Positions 13,028 to 25,800 of a DNA stretch of 64,000 nt are shown piece by piece. Within the stretch, counting starts at the first letter, position 1. Each line of letters opens with the position of its first letter. This DNA is from Prasinococcaceae sp. CCMP 1430 (Eukaryota > Plantae > Prasinodermophyta). The stretch spans positions 134,510 to 198,509 of the forward strand of contig RQSC01000518.1 of NCBI GenBank assembly GCA_013416795.1, given 5' to 3'. Both the position numbers and the translations under genes were made by a program. The notes below the pieces were generated by a model, which was not told where the DNA came from, did not search any database, and saw only the letters and a list, made by a program, of their open reading frames with translations.

Positions 13028-15362
13028 TCATGCGCGTGCAGCGACGACGCGTGGGCCGAGCGGCAGGGTCAGTGAATGCAGAGCGCGCGCAACGGCGTCT
13101 TTGCCGGGGCGCTCTGCAAGCAGTTCGTCGACGGAGCTGGCGTCGATGGACGCCGGTGTAGTGTTTGATCCAGTCCGGCGCGGTACAAAGAGCGGCGCGG
13201 TCACTGCTGTTGGCGCGCAAAAAGGGGCGAAAGACGCGAAAAGAGAGCGCACCTCGGTGGTTTTCACGGCATGCTCGCGCTTGCCATCAAGCTTGAAGAT
13301 AACATCGTGCGCGAGGGATCCCTCGCTGCTGTCCCGTCCCCAGCCGTGGAACGTCTCGCAGACTATCAGCGGCCCGCGCTGGCCGTTCGGTGCGGCGGTC
13401 ACGTTCAGGACGAGCCAGCCGCTATCTGCGGTCCCGATGAGTCCGTATTTAAAGTCGTGGTATCCCCTGTCCTTGCTCAGCGCGCCGGCAACAGCAGTTT
13501 CGTCCGATTTCGGCAGCCCCCGCCACCAGTCTGCCTGGTCGATGACTATGGACATGAGCGACGCCGCAGTCCCCGGCTCTGCCGCCTGGGGCTCGATCGC
13601 GGTCCGGCACGTGGGGACCCGTCCGTGATAAAAGAATGTCTGGTCGCCATCAACATCGATGACCGGATCGCGAGCAGTAGCGCCAAGCATATCTTTGAGG
13701 TACGGAGGGGGGAGCGCAGCGCGTGCTGCCTCGGCCTCGGCCACGATGCGCTCGCCGTACTCGATGGCGACCTCGGCATCGGAGCGCCCGGCGCCCCGTG
13801 CGCTCGCGTACTCGACCATCGCCTCCTGGAATACGCTAAGAAGGTGGTCCACGAGGACGTACGAGAACAGTCTCGCGCCGTAGGGAGATAGATGCCAGCA
13901 AGACGCGCACGTCCAGAACTTCTTTCGGCCCGCATATGCCTTGCCGTGCGTGGTTTCATGAAATTTCGAAAAGCCCGGTTCGTTGACCAGCTTCCACGTA
14001 AGCTCCTGCACCCACATCTGCGCGCGCGGATATAGCGCGGAACGTGCGCGGGCATGAGGCGGCGGGCGCGCGTTCGCGCGAGGGGGGGGAGGGAGGCGGG
14101 GGGGCGTAAATGCACGCCGGTGGCGGCGAGTGGTGGCTGCGTAAGTTGATATCCAGCGCCTGGTCGTCGCTCATACGGGCGCTGGCAAGGGCTCATTCAC
14201 TCGCGCCCGCGTGCGACTGAGCGGGTACAGCGGCGCGCGCGCTCAGCCACACCTCCTCGGTCCCGAGAGACTCAGCTGCAACGTCCCAGCCGTTATCATT
14301 CCAGTTCGCCTGATGGTAATCGACAGAGAAATTGTGCCCCCCGAATTCAGCGCCGATGAAGACGTCCGCGTGCGTGATCGGATCATGCCCCGAGCGCTTT
14401 TCGTGCTGGCGCGGACTTGGCATGGATGAGTGCTCGCCCAGTCGCCACAGATCCACGTCGCACTCGTCGTCGGGCGAGCCCGCATAAAGGAAGAGCTCCT
14501 TCTCAAAGCCCTCCTCCCCGGCACGCTTGGCACCTGGCATCCACGCGTCGTAGTTTGCCACCTCGCTCATCCCCATCGGACCCTCCAACCCCCAACCAGG
14601 GTGCATCTTCATCACGAGGGGATGCGAAGGGTGCTGGGCAATGGCGGTGAGCCAATTCGTGAAGGCCGCACCGTCGTCTGCGGTCATGTCGTGCTGGAAT
14701 ACGACGAGGTCAGGATCCGCCCCGAGCAGCTCTTCGAAGCAAAGAGCATTGGGGAAAGGTGCGGTGCCTCCCATTCCAAAATTGGCCACCGAGGCGTTGA
14801 TGCCCGCAACGGCCAGTGGGCCGACAAGCTCGTTGTGGGCCTGGTCGGCGACCGCCTGATAGCCCCAAATGTCGTGCCCTGCAGTGACGCTGTCACCAAG
14901 TATGACCACGCGAAACTGTTTGCCAGGTTCGCGGGCGAGCGTCCACACGAGGCGCTCGCGGAGCTTGCGCCGCGCGCGGCCGGGGGACAGCATGGCCTTA
15001 CCCATCAGGTCGGAATGGGCCTCAGGGACGCCCAACGGCACGTGCGAAAGGTAGCGCCTCGCCTCTGCCGCTGCGTCGGACGCGAATCGCAGCTCGTCGG
15101 CCTCCCAGCATGGCAACGCGCCCGTGGTATCAGCGAGGGCCTCGTCGAGGGCCGCTCGCAGAGCTCCGGGCGCGCGCTGCGCTCTCCACTCCGCGGCGCT
15201 GGCCGCATCTGCCGCACCTGCCGCGTTGACATCTTCGCCACTTGCCGCTAAGCGTCGCCAGTCCCTGGCCGCCCGCGCGGGCGCGTGCACCGTCGCCACC
15301 GCGAGCACCGCGAGCACCACGGACACGCAATTTGTCCTTCTCCACATGCTGCTGCGCAACAT
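13028..15362 (-). CDS. Secreted or type II membrane SGNH/GDSL-type hydrolase-fold protein (~699 aa)
   Basis: Exons 15362-14253 and 14017-13028 (GAG|GTGTGG...CGCAG|ATG, phase 0; junction inferred). N-terminal hydrophobic helix, block I VILGDSVTAG, block II NFGMGGT, PDLVVFQHD, and a candidate catalytic His in SCWHLSPYG. Confidence 0.7.
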
Positions 15363-15762
15363 CCCGACACTTCTTCCTTGAACAGCCCTGATTGCCAAGA
15401 AATAACCCGACCGCGTGCGATGGTGGTCGAGCACGCCCGCCTCCCGCCAGACACCGCCGGGGGGAGGCGGGCTGCTCGCGAGCCGGGGGCGTCAGGCCGC
15501 TCGCGCCGGCGGCGGCCCCAACCCGGTCGAGGGCGCCCCCGCCGACCGGTATCCCACCCCTCTGGGTTGCGCGCGCGGGGAGGCGATCGCTGGCAGGTGG
15601 CGCAGCGCGGGCAAGGTGTGGCGCCCGGCAGGTGGGCGCCAACAACCATCGAAACTGACGATCAATTCGTCGTGATGAATTTGACAGGTTTGCACATGCA
15701 CGCATTCTGGTACAGCGTCGGTTCACGTGCGAATTACGGCGCCACGGTGCAGAGAGACGCGG

Positions 15763-15809
15763 TTGGGGTTGTATGGCGACATATTTGGGGTTGTATGGCG
15801 ACATATTTG
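15763..15809. repeat. Perfect 22-bp tandem duplication (TTGGGGTTGTATGGCGACATAT x2 + TTG)
   Basis: Direct read; intergenic between the divergent SGNH and giant genes. Confidence 0.95.
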
Positions 15810-16867
15810 CCATATTTCATTCTGCTCATGCTAGACAGGGTTCAGACACACCATTCGCCGCCAATTGCGCGATTTCGTGCGGGCCTCCGCGCCCACCCCC
15901 CGACTCAATGGTCTGTTCGCATTGCGGCTCGGCGCCACCTGCGCCGGCGTGGCGCTCGAAATCCGCGGTTTTTGCGCGCGCGCGGGGTGTCGGATCGGCA
16001 CCGCGAGAAAAACGGCCGCCGCCGCCGCCCGCGCGCGCGCGCGCCGCGCCAGGTGCCTGCGCTCGATCGACCGAACCGATCGAGCCTCACACCCATCATC
16101 GTGCTCCACCATCATCATTCATGGCTCCTCGGATCCAGCTCCAGCTCCAGATCCGTGCTCCAGTCGGTTCGCTGTTCTCGCGGTTCGCGCCCCCGTTCGT
16201 TCGGGCGGATCAATACCAGACTAAGGATCCATCCATCCATCGCCCCCCCCTCGCGGCTCTCCCTGCTGCGCGCAGCGTTTGCTTTTGCGCCGTGCTGCGC
16301 TGGCGCTCTGCGAAAGCGCCCCGGGGCAGCTTTTCCCGCCTCGGCCGCGCGCGCAGCTATCGCGCGCGCGGCGGGTTCCCGGGGAGGGGGATGCGGGGCG
16401 GTGCCCCGCGTGTGTGTCTCCATGTGGAGGGACTCTCGCGGCCACACGGCGCGCGCGCGGCACGCGCTAGGTGGTCCGCGACCGCGTCGCCCCTCCCCCC
16501 CTCCTCCCCACTCTCCCCCCCCCCTGTTAGCCCCTCCCCCCTCCCTTTCCGTGTCCTCAACCGCATCCCGCGCGCGGCCGCACAGCTCGACCGAGACGCC
16601 GCGCGGCTCGCACGCCGCCAAACGCTTAACTTTCCTCCGTGGCGTGCGAGTGGGCAGCAGGCGGGGAAACGCCCCGCTTGCCGGTGGCGAGGCTCGACAG
16701 CACCCACGTCGGTGCAGGTATCGGATCCTGCCGCGCGCTTGCAAGCGCTGCACGGCCCGAGGGGGACGGCGTGCGCACCACGCCCATGGTGCAGGTTGCG
16801 GACGACTGCTGAGCGCTGCCAGGTTGAGGCGTCCATCGCCGCGGCGCCGCCCGGCGCCGCGGTGACC

Positions 16868-19800
16868 ATGGGCGCCACCGAGCAGCGCCTGAGCGCTGGC
16901 GGCGCGATGGCATCGGTCGATCAAGACGCTGGCCGGCGACGGCTCGAGTCATGCAGGCGAAAGCGAGCGGCGTGGCGACGAGCGCAGGTGCAGGCCACCG
17001 CGCTGACGGCGCTGCTCGCGATGCTCCTCACGGCGTCGTGGGTAGCGCTGTCCAATGCGTTCTCTTATCCTGAGCTTGAGTACTCGGAGCCTTACGGAGG
17101 CCCGGGCCGAGGAGGCACCCAAGTTACTATCTTTGGCTCCAACTTCTACTCCTCGCAAACGTCGGTGCTCGCGTGCGCGTTCGGTGACGAGCCTCTGGTG
17201 GTTGCTCGTGTCATCACAAGTGAGCAGATCACGTGCGACGTGCGCCCTCGCTTCGTTGGCTTCACGAGCATCGACGTCGCCATCAACAACGTGACATCAG
17301 CGGCATCGACGCTGCAGTACGAATACGCGGACGCGCCTCTGACGGCGCACATCTTCCCGTCGCAGGGCGCGGCCGGCACACTCACAGTCGTGCGCGGCAA
17401 GCACTTTCAGCGCACGGATGCAGATCGTGCCACGTTCTGCTCGTTCGGCGGGGTCGATGTGGGTGCTCACTTTGTGTCGTCTGAAGTGGTCATGTGCGAG
17501 ACGCCCAACCGCCCGACGGGGACGGTGATGCTCGACATGACCAAAAACATGCAGGACTACAGTACGTCGAGGATACCGTACATGGTCGTAGAGCAAGGCT
17601 TTCGAATAGCATCCATGAGCCCAACTTCAGGGCCCGAGACGGGCGGCACGCGCCTCTCGTCGCGTCTGATGGCAGTGCTCCCCGAGTCAACCCGCGTGCG
17701 CTGCAGGCTTGCTGGCAACTTGCAGGTGGCCGCCTCCATATCAACCTCTTTGACACACATGGAGTGCCTGCTCCCCGCACATGTCAGTGGGTTGCACCAG
17801 GTCGCCTTCGCTACCAATGAGAAGGATTTCTACTACAACGCGCTCTACCGCATGAGAGCACCTCCCGATGAACTAATACTCACGTCCGAGGAGGGTACCG
17901 TCCAGGGCGGCACGATACTGCACCTCTCGACGCTGCCTCACACCGCCCCTATGGTCCATCCCCTTTCATCAATCACCTCTTGCCGGTTTGGGACACAGAC
18001 TGTAGGAGCTCAGCCCAGCAGCGATGGGCAGAGCCTGCAATGCCGCTCTCCCCCATTCGATGCAGGGTTTGCCGCTGTGATGGTGTCCAGCAATGGCTTC
18101 GACTTCACACTCGGACCTGTCTTTCACTTCCGCCAGGCGTCGGTGATCGACATGTTGCAGCCACGCCTTGCAAGCGACTACGGTGGGGGTGTGCTCAATG
18201 TGCTCGGCAGCGATATGGTGCACACTGGCTTACAGTGTCTGTTTGGCATTCTCACGACCACTGCGAAACCTGTCAGCTCTGCCCTCGTCCAGTGTGCCAG
18301 CCCCGGCATGCCAGCCGGTTTGACGTACCTCGAACTGGCGTCGCATGGATCGAGCACCGTGAGCACAGCCTCGCCGGCAGACACGCGCATGCCCTTCTTT
18401 GTGCATGTGGCGCCCGAAGTGACAGCAATCTCGCCCATCTCAGGCGATCCCGATGGCGGCACGCTTGTGACTGTTCTGGGCGCGCACTACGTGAACAGCA
18501 TCGAACTCGGATGCGCGTTTGGAACCGTCAGCCCTGTCGCAGCTGCATGGCTGGAGCACTCAGAAATGCAGTGCGTCTCCCCTGCCCGTGTGCTCGGCTC
18601 TCCAGAGGTGAGAGTTACAAACAATGGCATACAATTTGAGGGCGCTGAAGAGCCGGACGAGTCATCGGTCTTCACTTACATTGGCGAACCCGGACTGCCC
18701 TCATCCGTTTCAATCGACGCCATTCTTGCTGGGGGCGCATCTGGTGGCTCGACGGTCACTGGCAGCACAGGCGGTGGCACGCCTGTCACAATCGTCGGTT
18801 CTGGATTTACAGACGATGTGTCGCAGTACAATCCGGACGGCTCTTACGCTGGTGGCGGAGGTGAAGGCGCACCATCATCAGGATCTCCGAGTGCTGGTGC
18901 TGATGTCTTCTGCAACTTCGGCTCGAGTGTGGTTCCTGGCACGGTGGTGGACTCAACAACCATCATCTGTGAGACCCCATCAGCTAACGGTGGCGGCTTC
19001 ACAACGGTAGAGTTGGTGGACGGAGATGGCGTCGTTAGCGCAACTTCGTCGGAGGAGTACCTGTACAGCGAGCTGCCAGAGGTGCACGGCATCTCTCCCC
19101 TGTCTGGTAGTGTTGCAGGCGGGACGAGGGTAGTTGTTGTTGGAGAGAATTTCTCGCCGAGCGAATCTTTCTGCCGCTTTGGTGCCTCGCGGATCGAGCT
19201 TGCACAGGTTCTGTCCTCGACCCTGCTGACGTGCGTTTCCCCGGCGCACACACATGGCAAGGTGCACATCGGCGTGTCCAACAATGCGCACGACTGGTCG
19301 GTGGATGACTTTGTCTTCAACTACCAGTCGCCCCCGAAGATATTTCGCTCAATGCCGCGCTCTGGTCCAGAGAGCGGGGGCACCCATGTGGAGATCCTTG
19401 GTGCGGACTTCAAGAGTACGAGCAGTTTTGTGGCAAAGGTCGGTTCTCTCGGACCGATGGCAGTTGCCGTCGGCACGTCGCACGTGGCCAATACGCACAC
19501 TCCTGCGTCCGTGCCACAGTCTGCGGCTGTCCGAGTGTCCTCAAACATGATTGAATTCGATCACGAGATTCCCAAGCCTGTTTATTTCGAGTACTTGCGA
19601 AACATGACTGTGGACTCAGCATTCCCGTCGGCAGGCATGATTGGTGCTCCGCTTGCCATCACTGTCGTCGGCACTAATGTAGACAGCACCGGGAAGCTTT
19701 GGTGCAGGTCTGGCGAGGCGTCCGGCGGCCGGATTTCGTGGGCGGGTGATGGAGCTACCTGCAGCATCCTATCGCATCACGCCGGCTTCGCAGCGATCGG

Positions 19801-22800
19801 CGTGTCCAACAATGGTGCCGACTATGTTGTTCCCGAGCAGGACGTTGCGTTCGAATTCGCTGTGTCGTCGACGCTTTCTTCGCTGTCTACGAAAATGACA
19901 CACAATGGGACAATTCTTGGCATTCGTGGCGCCAACTTCAAACTCGGAGCGCTGTGCACCATGAATGAGCGCGTCTCGTCCGCAGCACATGTCATCTCGT
20001 CTGCTGTGATTGCATGTGAGATCCAGAGGATACCCACCATGCATGTGCACTTGCGCATGACCAGCAGCAATAGCGCTCACAGCACTGACGGTTTCCGGGT
20101 CTTCCACCAGCTTGACTTTCCTGAAGTTCAGGGGGCGTATCCTTCAGGTGTCACAGGTGAAGGTGGTTCTCCGATAAGTGTGTATGGTGTCTACCCACCG
20201 ACGACCGAATCATCGTACTGCAGGGTTGGAACGATCAGCCCGTTGTTTGCTGGGCGCACTGCCCCAGATGCGATCTCGTGTGTCAGTCCAGCTCTCTCGC
20301 CCCGATTTGCTCCCGTAGAGGTTTCGATCAATGGTTTTGAGTATACGGCGGACGAGATGAGCTTACGAGTGCATAGCTCACCAACGGTGGAGGGTTTACT
20401 CGACGTAGGCGGGCTGTCGTCTGGTGGGACGCAGCTGAGAATGGCTGTTGATTCTTTTGCTGCATCCGACATTGTGCGGTGCATATTCAACGGGATGATG
20501 TCACCGGCTCAGTATGGGGGTGGTCTCCTGAAATGTGTGACACCTGCCCATTCGCCCGGTTTTGTTGAAGTTCACATTAGTCGCCAAGGGAGCTCGACTC
20601 TGACAACTGGGGCAATATTCCAGTTCCATGTGTCGCCCAAGTTGTTGTACTTGGATCCTGCTATTGGGCCGTCCGCAGGAGGTTCGGTGCTAGCTCTAGT
20701 GGGCGAACACTTCCTCTCAACCGACACAACTTGTGCCATCGGCGACAAGATCCTATCAACCAGAATCGTCTCATCCTCCCTCGCATGCGTGGAGAGCCAA
20801 GCTGATGTCCAAGGGAAGGCCGCAGCCTCGTTGATGCTGGGAGGCGACCAAGTTTTCTCGAACGCTGCTCAGAGCATTTTCACCCACGCTGCATCTCCCC
20901 GGGTGCTTGGAGTCACGCCTGCAGCTGGAGAGTCGAGCGGGGGTAGCATTCTCAAGCTCGCATATGCTCAGGCGCACAGGACAGGCATGTCCGCAGCAGC
21001 TTGTGCAGTTGGGTCTTTCGCACCTGTGATGGCTGCACGCACAGACGATGATGATGTGGAATGTGTGGCACCCGCAAGAAGCGCTGGACGAGCATCTCTA
21101 AGGCTTGCCGACAATCACAAGGACTTCGATGGCTCTAGCTCCACGTTTGAATACGTTGACTCAAATGATGTTCTCGCCGTGATACCGAGCGTTGGGCTTT
21201 CTCGTGGCGGAACAATTATCACTGTATATCCAGCCAAATTGGCGACTGGATCTTCCACACGCCTGACTGTACATGTAGGAGGCACAACGATCAGTGCAAC
21301 GAGACGTGATCGAAATCTCGTTGCCTACGCGCCAAGAAATCCTCCTGGGTACAGCCGCGTGACACTCGACAAAACAACACGAAAAGGAATCACATATCAA
21401 TATGTTGCAACACCATCAATTGGGCCAGTGTCACCAAAAGCAGGGATCGGCGGCACGGTGGCTCGCGTGTCCGGCCTGGACATGGTCGGCGCCGGTCCGT
21501 GGTGCCGCTTCGGCGAGTCTGCGTTGGCGGTGAGCGCGTTGTCGGTGTCGAGCTCGCTGGCTCTGTGCGAGGCGCCCGCTGGCGAGGCGGGCGAGCTGAG
21601 CGTGGCGCTGGGCGTGGTGGGCCCCGAGGACGGCTTCGTGGTGGGCGGCGGCGCCTTCCGCCGCGGCGGCGCCCTGGGCGTGCGCTCGGTGAGCCCGTCG
21701 CGCGGCCCGGTGAGCGGCGGCACTCTGGTGAGCGCCCTGTTCGAGGGCGGCGTGGGCGGCGTGAGCGGCTCGTCGTGCCGCTTCGGCAGCGTGTCGCCGG
21801 TGGCTGCGCGCGCGTCTTCCGTGGGCGCCACGGGCGGCTCGAGCCAGTGCGCGAGCCCCGCGCACTCGGCGGGCCGCGTGTCGGTGGAGGTGAGCCTGGG
21901 CCCCGGCGCGTACAGCTCGAGCGGCGTGTCGTTCTCCTTCGCGGAGGGCGGCGTGGCGGAGAGCGTTGTGCCGAGCGTCGGCCTGGCCTCCGGCGGCGGC
22001 GTGGTGACCGTGGTGGGCTCTTCGCTCTCCGAGGGCACGTGCTCCTTCGGCGGCACGGTGGTGCCCGGCGTGAGCGCCGGCGAGGGCTCGCTGTCGTGCG
22101 TGGCCCCGTCGGGCGTGGCCGGCTTCGTGGCCGTGCGCGTGGGCGCCGGCGCGGGCTCGTCTGTGGGTTCGGGCGCGTACTACCAGTACGTGTCGTCTCC
22201 ATCAATTGGGCCAGTGTCACCAAAAGCAGGGATCGGCGGCACGGTGGCTCGCGTGTCCGGCCTGGACATGGTCGGCGCCGGTCCGTGGTGCCGCTTCGGC
22301 GAGTCTGCCTCGGCGGTGAGCGCGTTGTCGGTGTCGAGCTCGCTGGCTCTGTGCGAGGCGCCCGCTGGCGAGGCGGGCGAGCTGAGCGTGGCGCTGGGCG
22401 TGGTGGGCCCCGAGGACGGCTTCGTGGTGGGCGGCGGCGCCTTCCGCCGCGGCGGCGCCCTGGGCGTGCGCTCGGTGAGCCCGTCGCGCGGCCCGGTGAG
22501 CGGCGGCACTCTGGTGAGCGCCCTGTTCGAGGGCGGCGTGGGCGGCGTGAGCGGCTCGTCGTGCCGCTTCGGCAGCGTGTCGCCGGTGGCTGCGCGCGCG
22601 TCTTCCGTGGGCGCCACGGGCGGCTCGAGCCAGTGCGCGAGCCCCGCGCACTCGGCGGGCCGCGTGTCGGTGGAGGTGAGCCTGGGCCCCGGCGCGTACA
22701 GCTCGAGCGGCGTGTCGTTCTCCTTCGCGGAGGGCGGCGTGGCGGAGAGCGTTGTGCCGAGCGTCGGCCTGGCCTCCGGCGGCGGCGTGGTGACCGTGGT

Positions 22801-25800
22801 GGGCTCTTCGCTCTCCGAGGGCACGTGCTCCTTCGGCGGCACGGTGGTGCCCGGCGTGAGCGCCGGCGAGGGCTCACTGTCGTGCGTGGCCCCGGCCGGG
22901 GTTGCTGGATTCGTTATTGTCAGTCTTGTTGGTATTCATGGCTCTTCTGCTGTGGCTTCTTATCTTTACCTAAACGAGCCTACTGTTGCGTATGTTCGTC
23001 CAGATGTTGTGTATGACTTCAGTGTTGTTCACGTCGTGGGAGCTGATCTTCACGCTCTTCTTTTGTCTACGAAATATTCATGGAATCCTGTCGTGGTTTC
23101 TTCTGTTTTTGCAGTTGGAACGGTTGATGACTTTGCTGATGATGATGCATGGCATTTGGTTTCTTCTGATTTGTATTCAATGGCGCAGCCACTTGAGGTT
23201 CTGGACGTCACCCCTGGAATATCTCATTCTGAGGGTGGCAGTATTGTTACTGTGCACGCTTTCGGCGGAGTCGAGCGATTGTCGTCGTTTTCATTGAGTT
23301 GCACATTCGGCACCACCAGAGTTTTGGCCTCTACGTCGACCATGGAGACGCTTGAATGCAGAACACCTTCGCATGCGCCTGGAGTGGTTGCGCTGGACAC
23401 TGCTGCGAACGGAAAAGACACAAGTGGCGAGTATGGCCACTTCGCTTTTTCCGACAGCGCCGCTGCATCGCGCTCGAGTGATATGGTCAGTGGAGTATCT
23501 GTGATCCCTGTTGAGATGAAGGGGGGTCAGGATGTATTCGTGTACACTTCTGACCTCATTGTCGATGGAGTGACCCAGCACACATGCGGCTTCGGGGATC
23601 GGTCTGTTCCTGCGCTGGCGGTGAACACAAGCTGTGTATTGTGTGTGGCCCCGGCCAGTGCCCCAGGCTTTGTGGCTGTTGATGTACGAGAGCTGGAGAA
23701 CACGGGGCCGCCGAGAATGGAGTCAATTGCTTTCATCATGTTCCAGGAAGAGTATACGATTTCGCATGTGATACCGACAGCTGGACCAAACGCAGGTGGC
23801 GTATTGGCTGTACATGGTCGCAACATGATGCACTCCGCTTGTCAGTTTGTACTACTTGGGGGAGATGTTGTTGAAGTGCGCGGCATGTGGGTGTCATCTA
23901 CGATCGTCATGTGCGAAGCGGTCAGCCACGAGAACGGAGAAATTCATGTGCATCTTGCCGTGGCGGGCGCCGCCGCCGGTGATACTCGCCAGTATGCCCT
24001 TTACGAGCAGCCGGCCATGCTCGATGCATCCCCAGCAAGAGGTTACGTCACCGGTGGCACGCAGGTATCTGTCAGTGTTGATCCTGCCCTTGCCGACCTT
24101 TTGCCTGCAGACGTCGTATGTCGCTTCGGGACGGTGTCGACCAATGCCGTGACATCCGAGGCGAGCTCTGTTATGTGCGTTGCTCCTGCACACGCGCCTA
24201 TGTCTGTTCCGATCAGTCTTGCATTCAACGGCAAGGACTTTTCATCCAAAGTTGCAGACTACCATTTCTCACCTTCCCCTGATGCGGACAGCATGATTCC
24301 GGAAATGTCTCTGAGGAGTGATGGTGCGCGGGTCACTATCTCTGGCGAGCGATTGGGAGCGTTCAGCGATGTGACGTGCTCGACTGCTACGAGTCGTGTG
24401 GTGGCGATGCATTTGACAGCAGATACGATTACTTGCTCACTCCCAGCAGCAACGGTCGAAGGCTTCTCATCAGTGACGATCTCTGTCGCGGACGTTGGTG
24501 ATGTGGCAACGCACATTTTCCACTTCATGCAAGATGTTGAAGTGTACTCCTCCCAACCTGTCAGGACGACCAATTTCGGAGGTGTCATCACTCTGGCTGG
24601 TTCAAACTACCCTCGTCAAGCGCAGCTGGCCTGCCTCATGGGGGCCTTTGGCACCACAGAGGCAAGCGTCGTCTCATCTGGCATTGCGCGCTGTGCCACA
24701 TTTACACCTGCCGTCGGCACAGCCAGTGTTGGCATCACTCTTGACGGTCTCGCCTTCGACGATCAGCGCAGTGGATTCAGTGCTATTCCAATAGAGGTGT
24801 ATGAACCACCTCGCACTTTGGCGGTCACGCCAGCAAGCACTCTCTTTGACGGTGGGCGCTCACTACGCTTGAACGTGGCGGGTGCTCAGGAGTTCTTGCG
24901 TGGTGCATGGTGTGTCGTCGGCACAGTGGCCGTCTTGGCCAGGTCCGGAGACCAAGACAATGCCGTGGAGTGCCTAAGCCCCGCCCATGCGCCAGGAAAG
25001 GTGCCCATTGCTGTCACTTTGGGCATGATGGAAGCTGGCGTGCCAGTTGCATTGGAGTACACCAATGAGCTTGATGCTCAGGTGCTGGCGGTCTACCCTG
25101 AAGCTGGTGCATTTGGTCGTGGTCATGTCACGCTCATGGTCTCTGAGGGCGCATTGCTCGGATACAGTGCTACTTGTGTGTTTGGGTACGTTAGCACGCC
25201 TGCCATCAGGTCGAAGGACGGCAATTTCCAATGCAACCCTCCGTCAAACCCACTCGGCATCTACAGCGTTTCTATCTTCAGTGATGGGCGCATTGGCGGG
25301 GGCGATGCCGTGTACCAATACGTGGAAGAAGCGCGAGTTGTTCACATCCAACCGAGTATATCCGTGCCTGGTGGTGTCATCGCGCTCGTGACTGAGAACG
25401 CGCGAAGCCGGGACATGCAATGCCGCTTCGGAGATGACATCGGTGGCTCGCTCAGATTCGTTTCGACAGCTTTGGGCTCGTGCGAGGTCATGCCTGGTGG
25501 GGTGCTGTCGTCAGTGCATAATGTTGCCCTTGGAGTTAAGGGCCACACTGCCTTCAGTGATAGCGCCACGCTGATGGTGACTCCCGCCTCGTATCTTACT
25601 AGCGTCTCTCCGCAACGCTCGCATGTCAATGGAGGTACCAGCATCACTGCCAGTTCCAGCCGTGCCGTCGACCAGGCATCCAATACATATTTGCCATTTG
25701 GCACTGTTGTAGTCAGGTCGTTAGTTATCGCAGCTGGGCACCTAACAGCGGTTGCACCCGCCAGATATGTTCACCGAACGCAGGTTAGCTCATCATTCAA

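Noticed and set aside
15773-16867. First 365 codons of the 6112-aa ORF
   Set aside because: Low-complexity, promoter-like sequence (poly-purine/pyrimidine runs, GATC clusters) upstream of the signal peptide. It is probably open by chance at high GC, so the real start is taken as 16868 or 16907.
21413-22894. Possible CRISPR array or mobile element
   Set aside because: The units are 786 bp, in-frame protein-coding IPT domains, with no spacers, terminal repeats, target-site duplications or transposase.
21390-23016. Arg/Pro-rich repetitive ORFs in alternative frames over the 786-bp repeat
   Set aside because: By-products of the GC-rich coding cassette.
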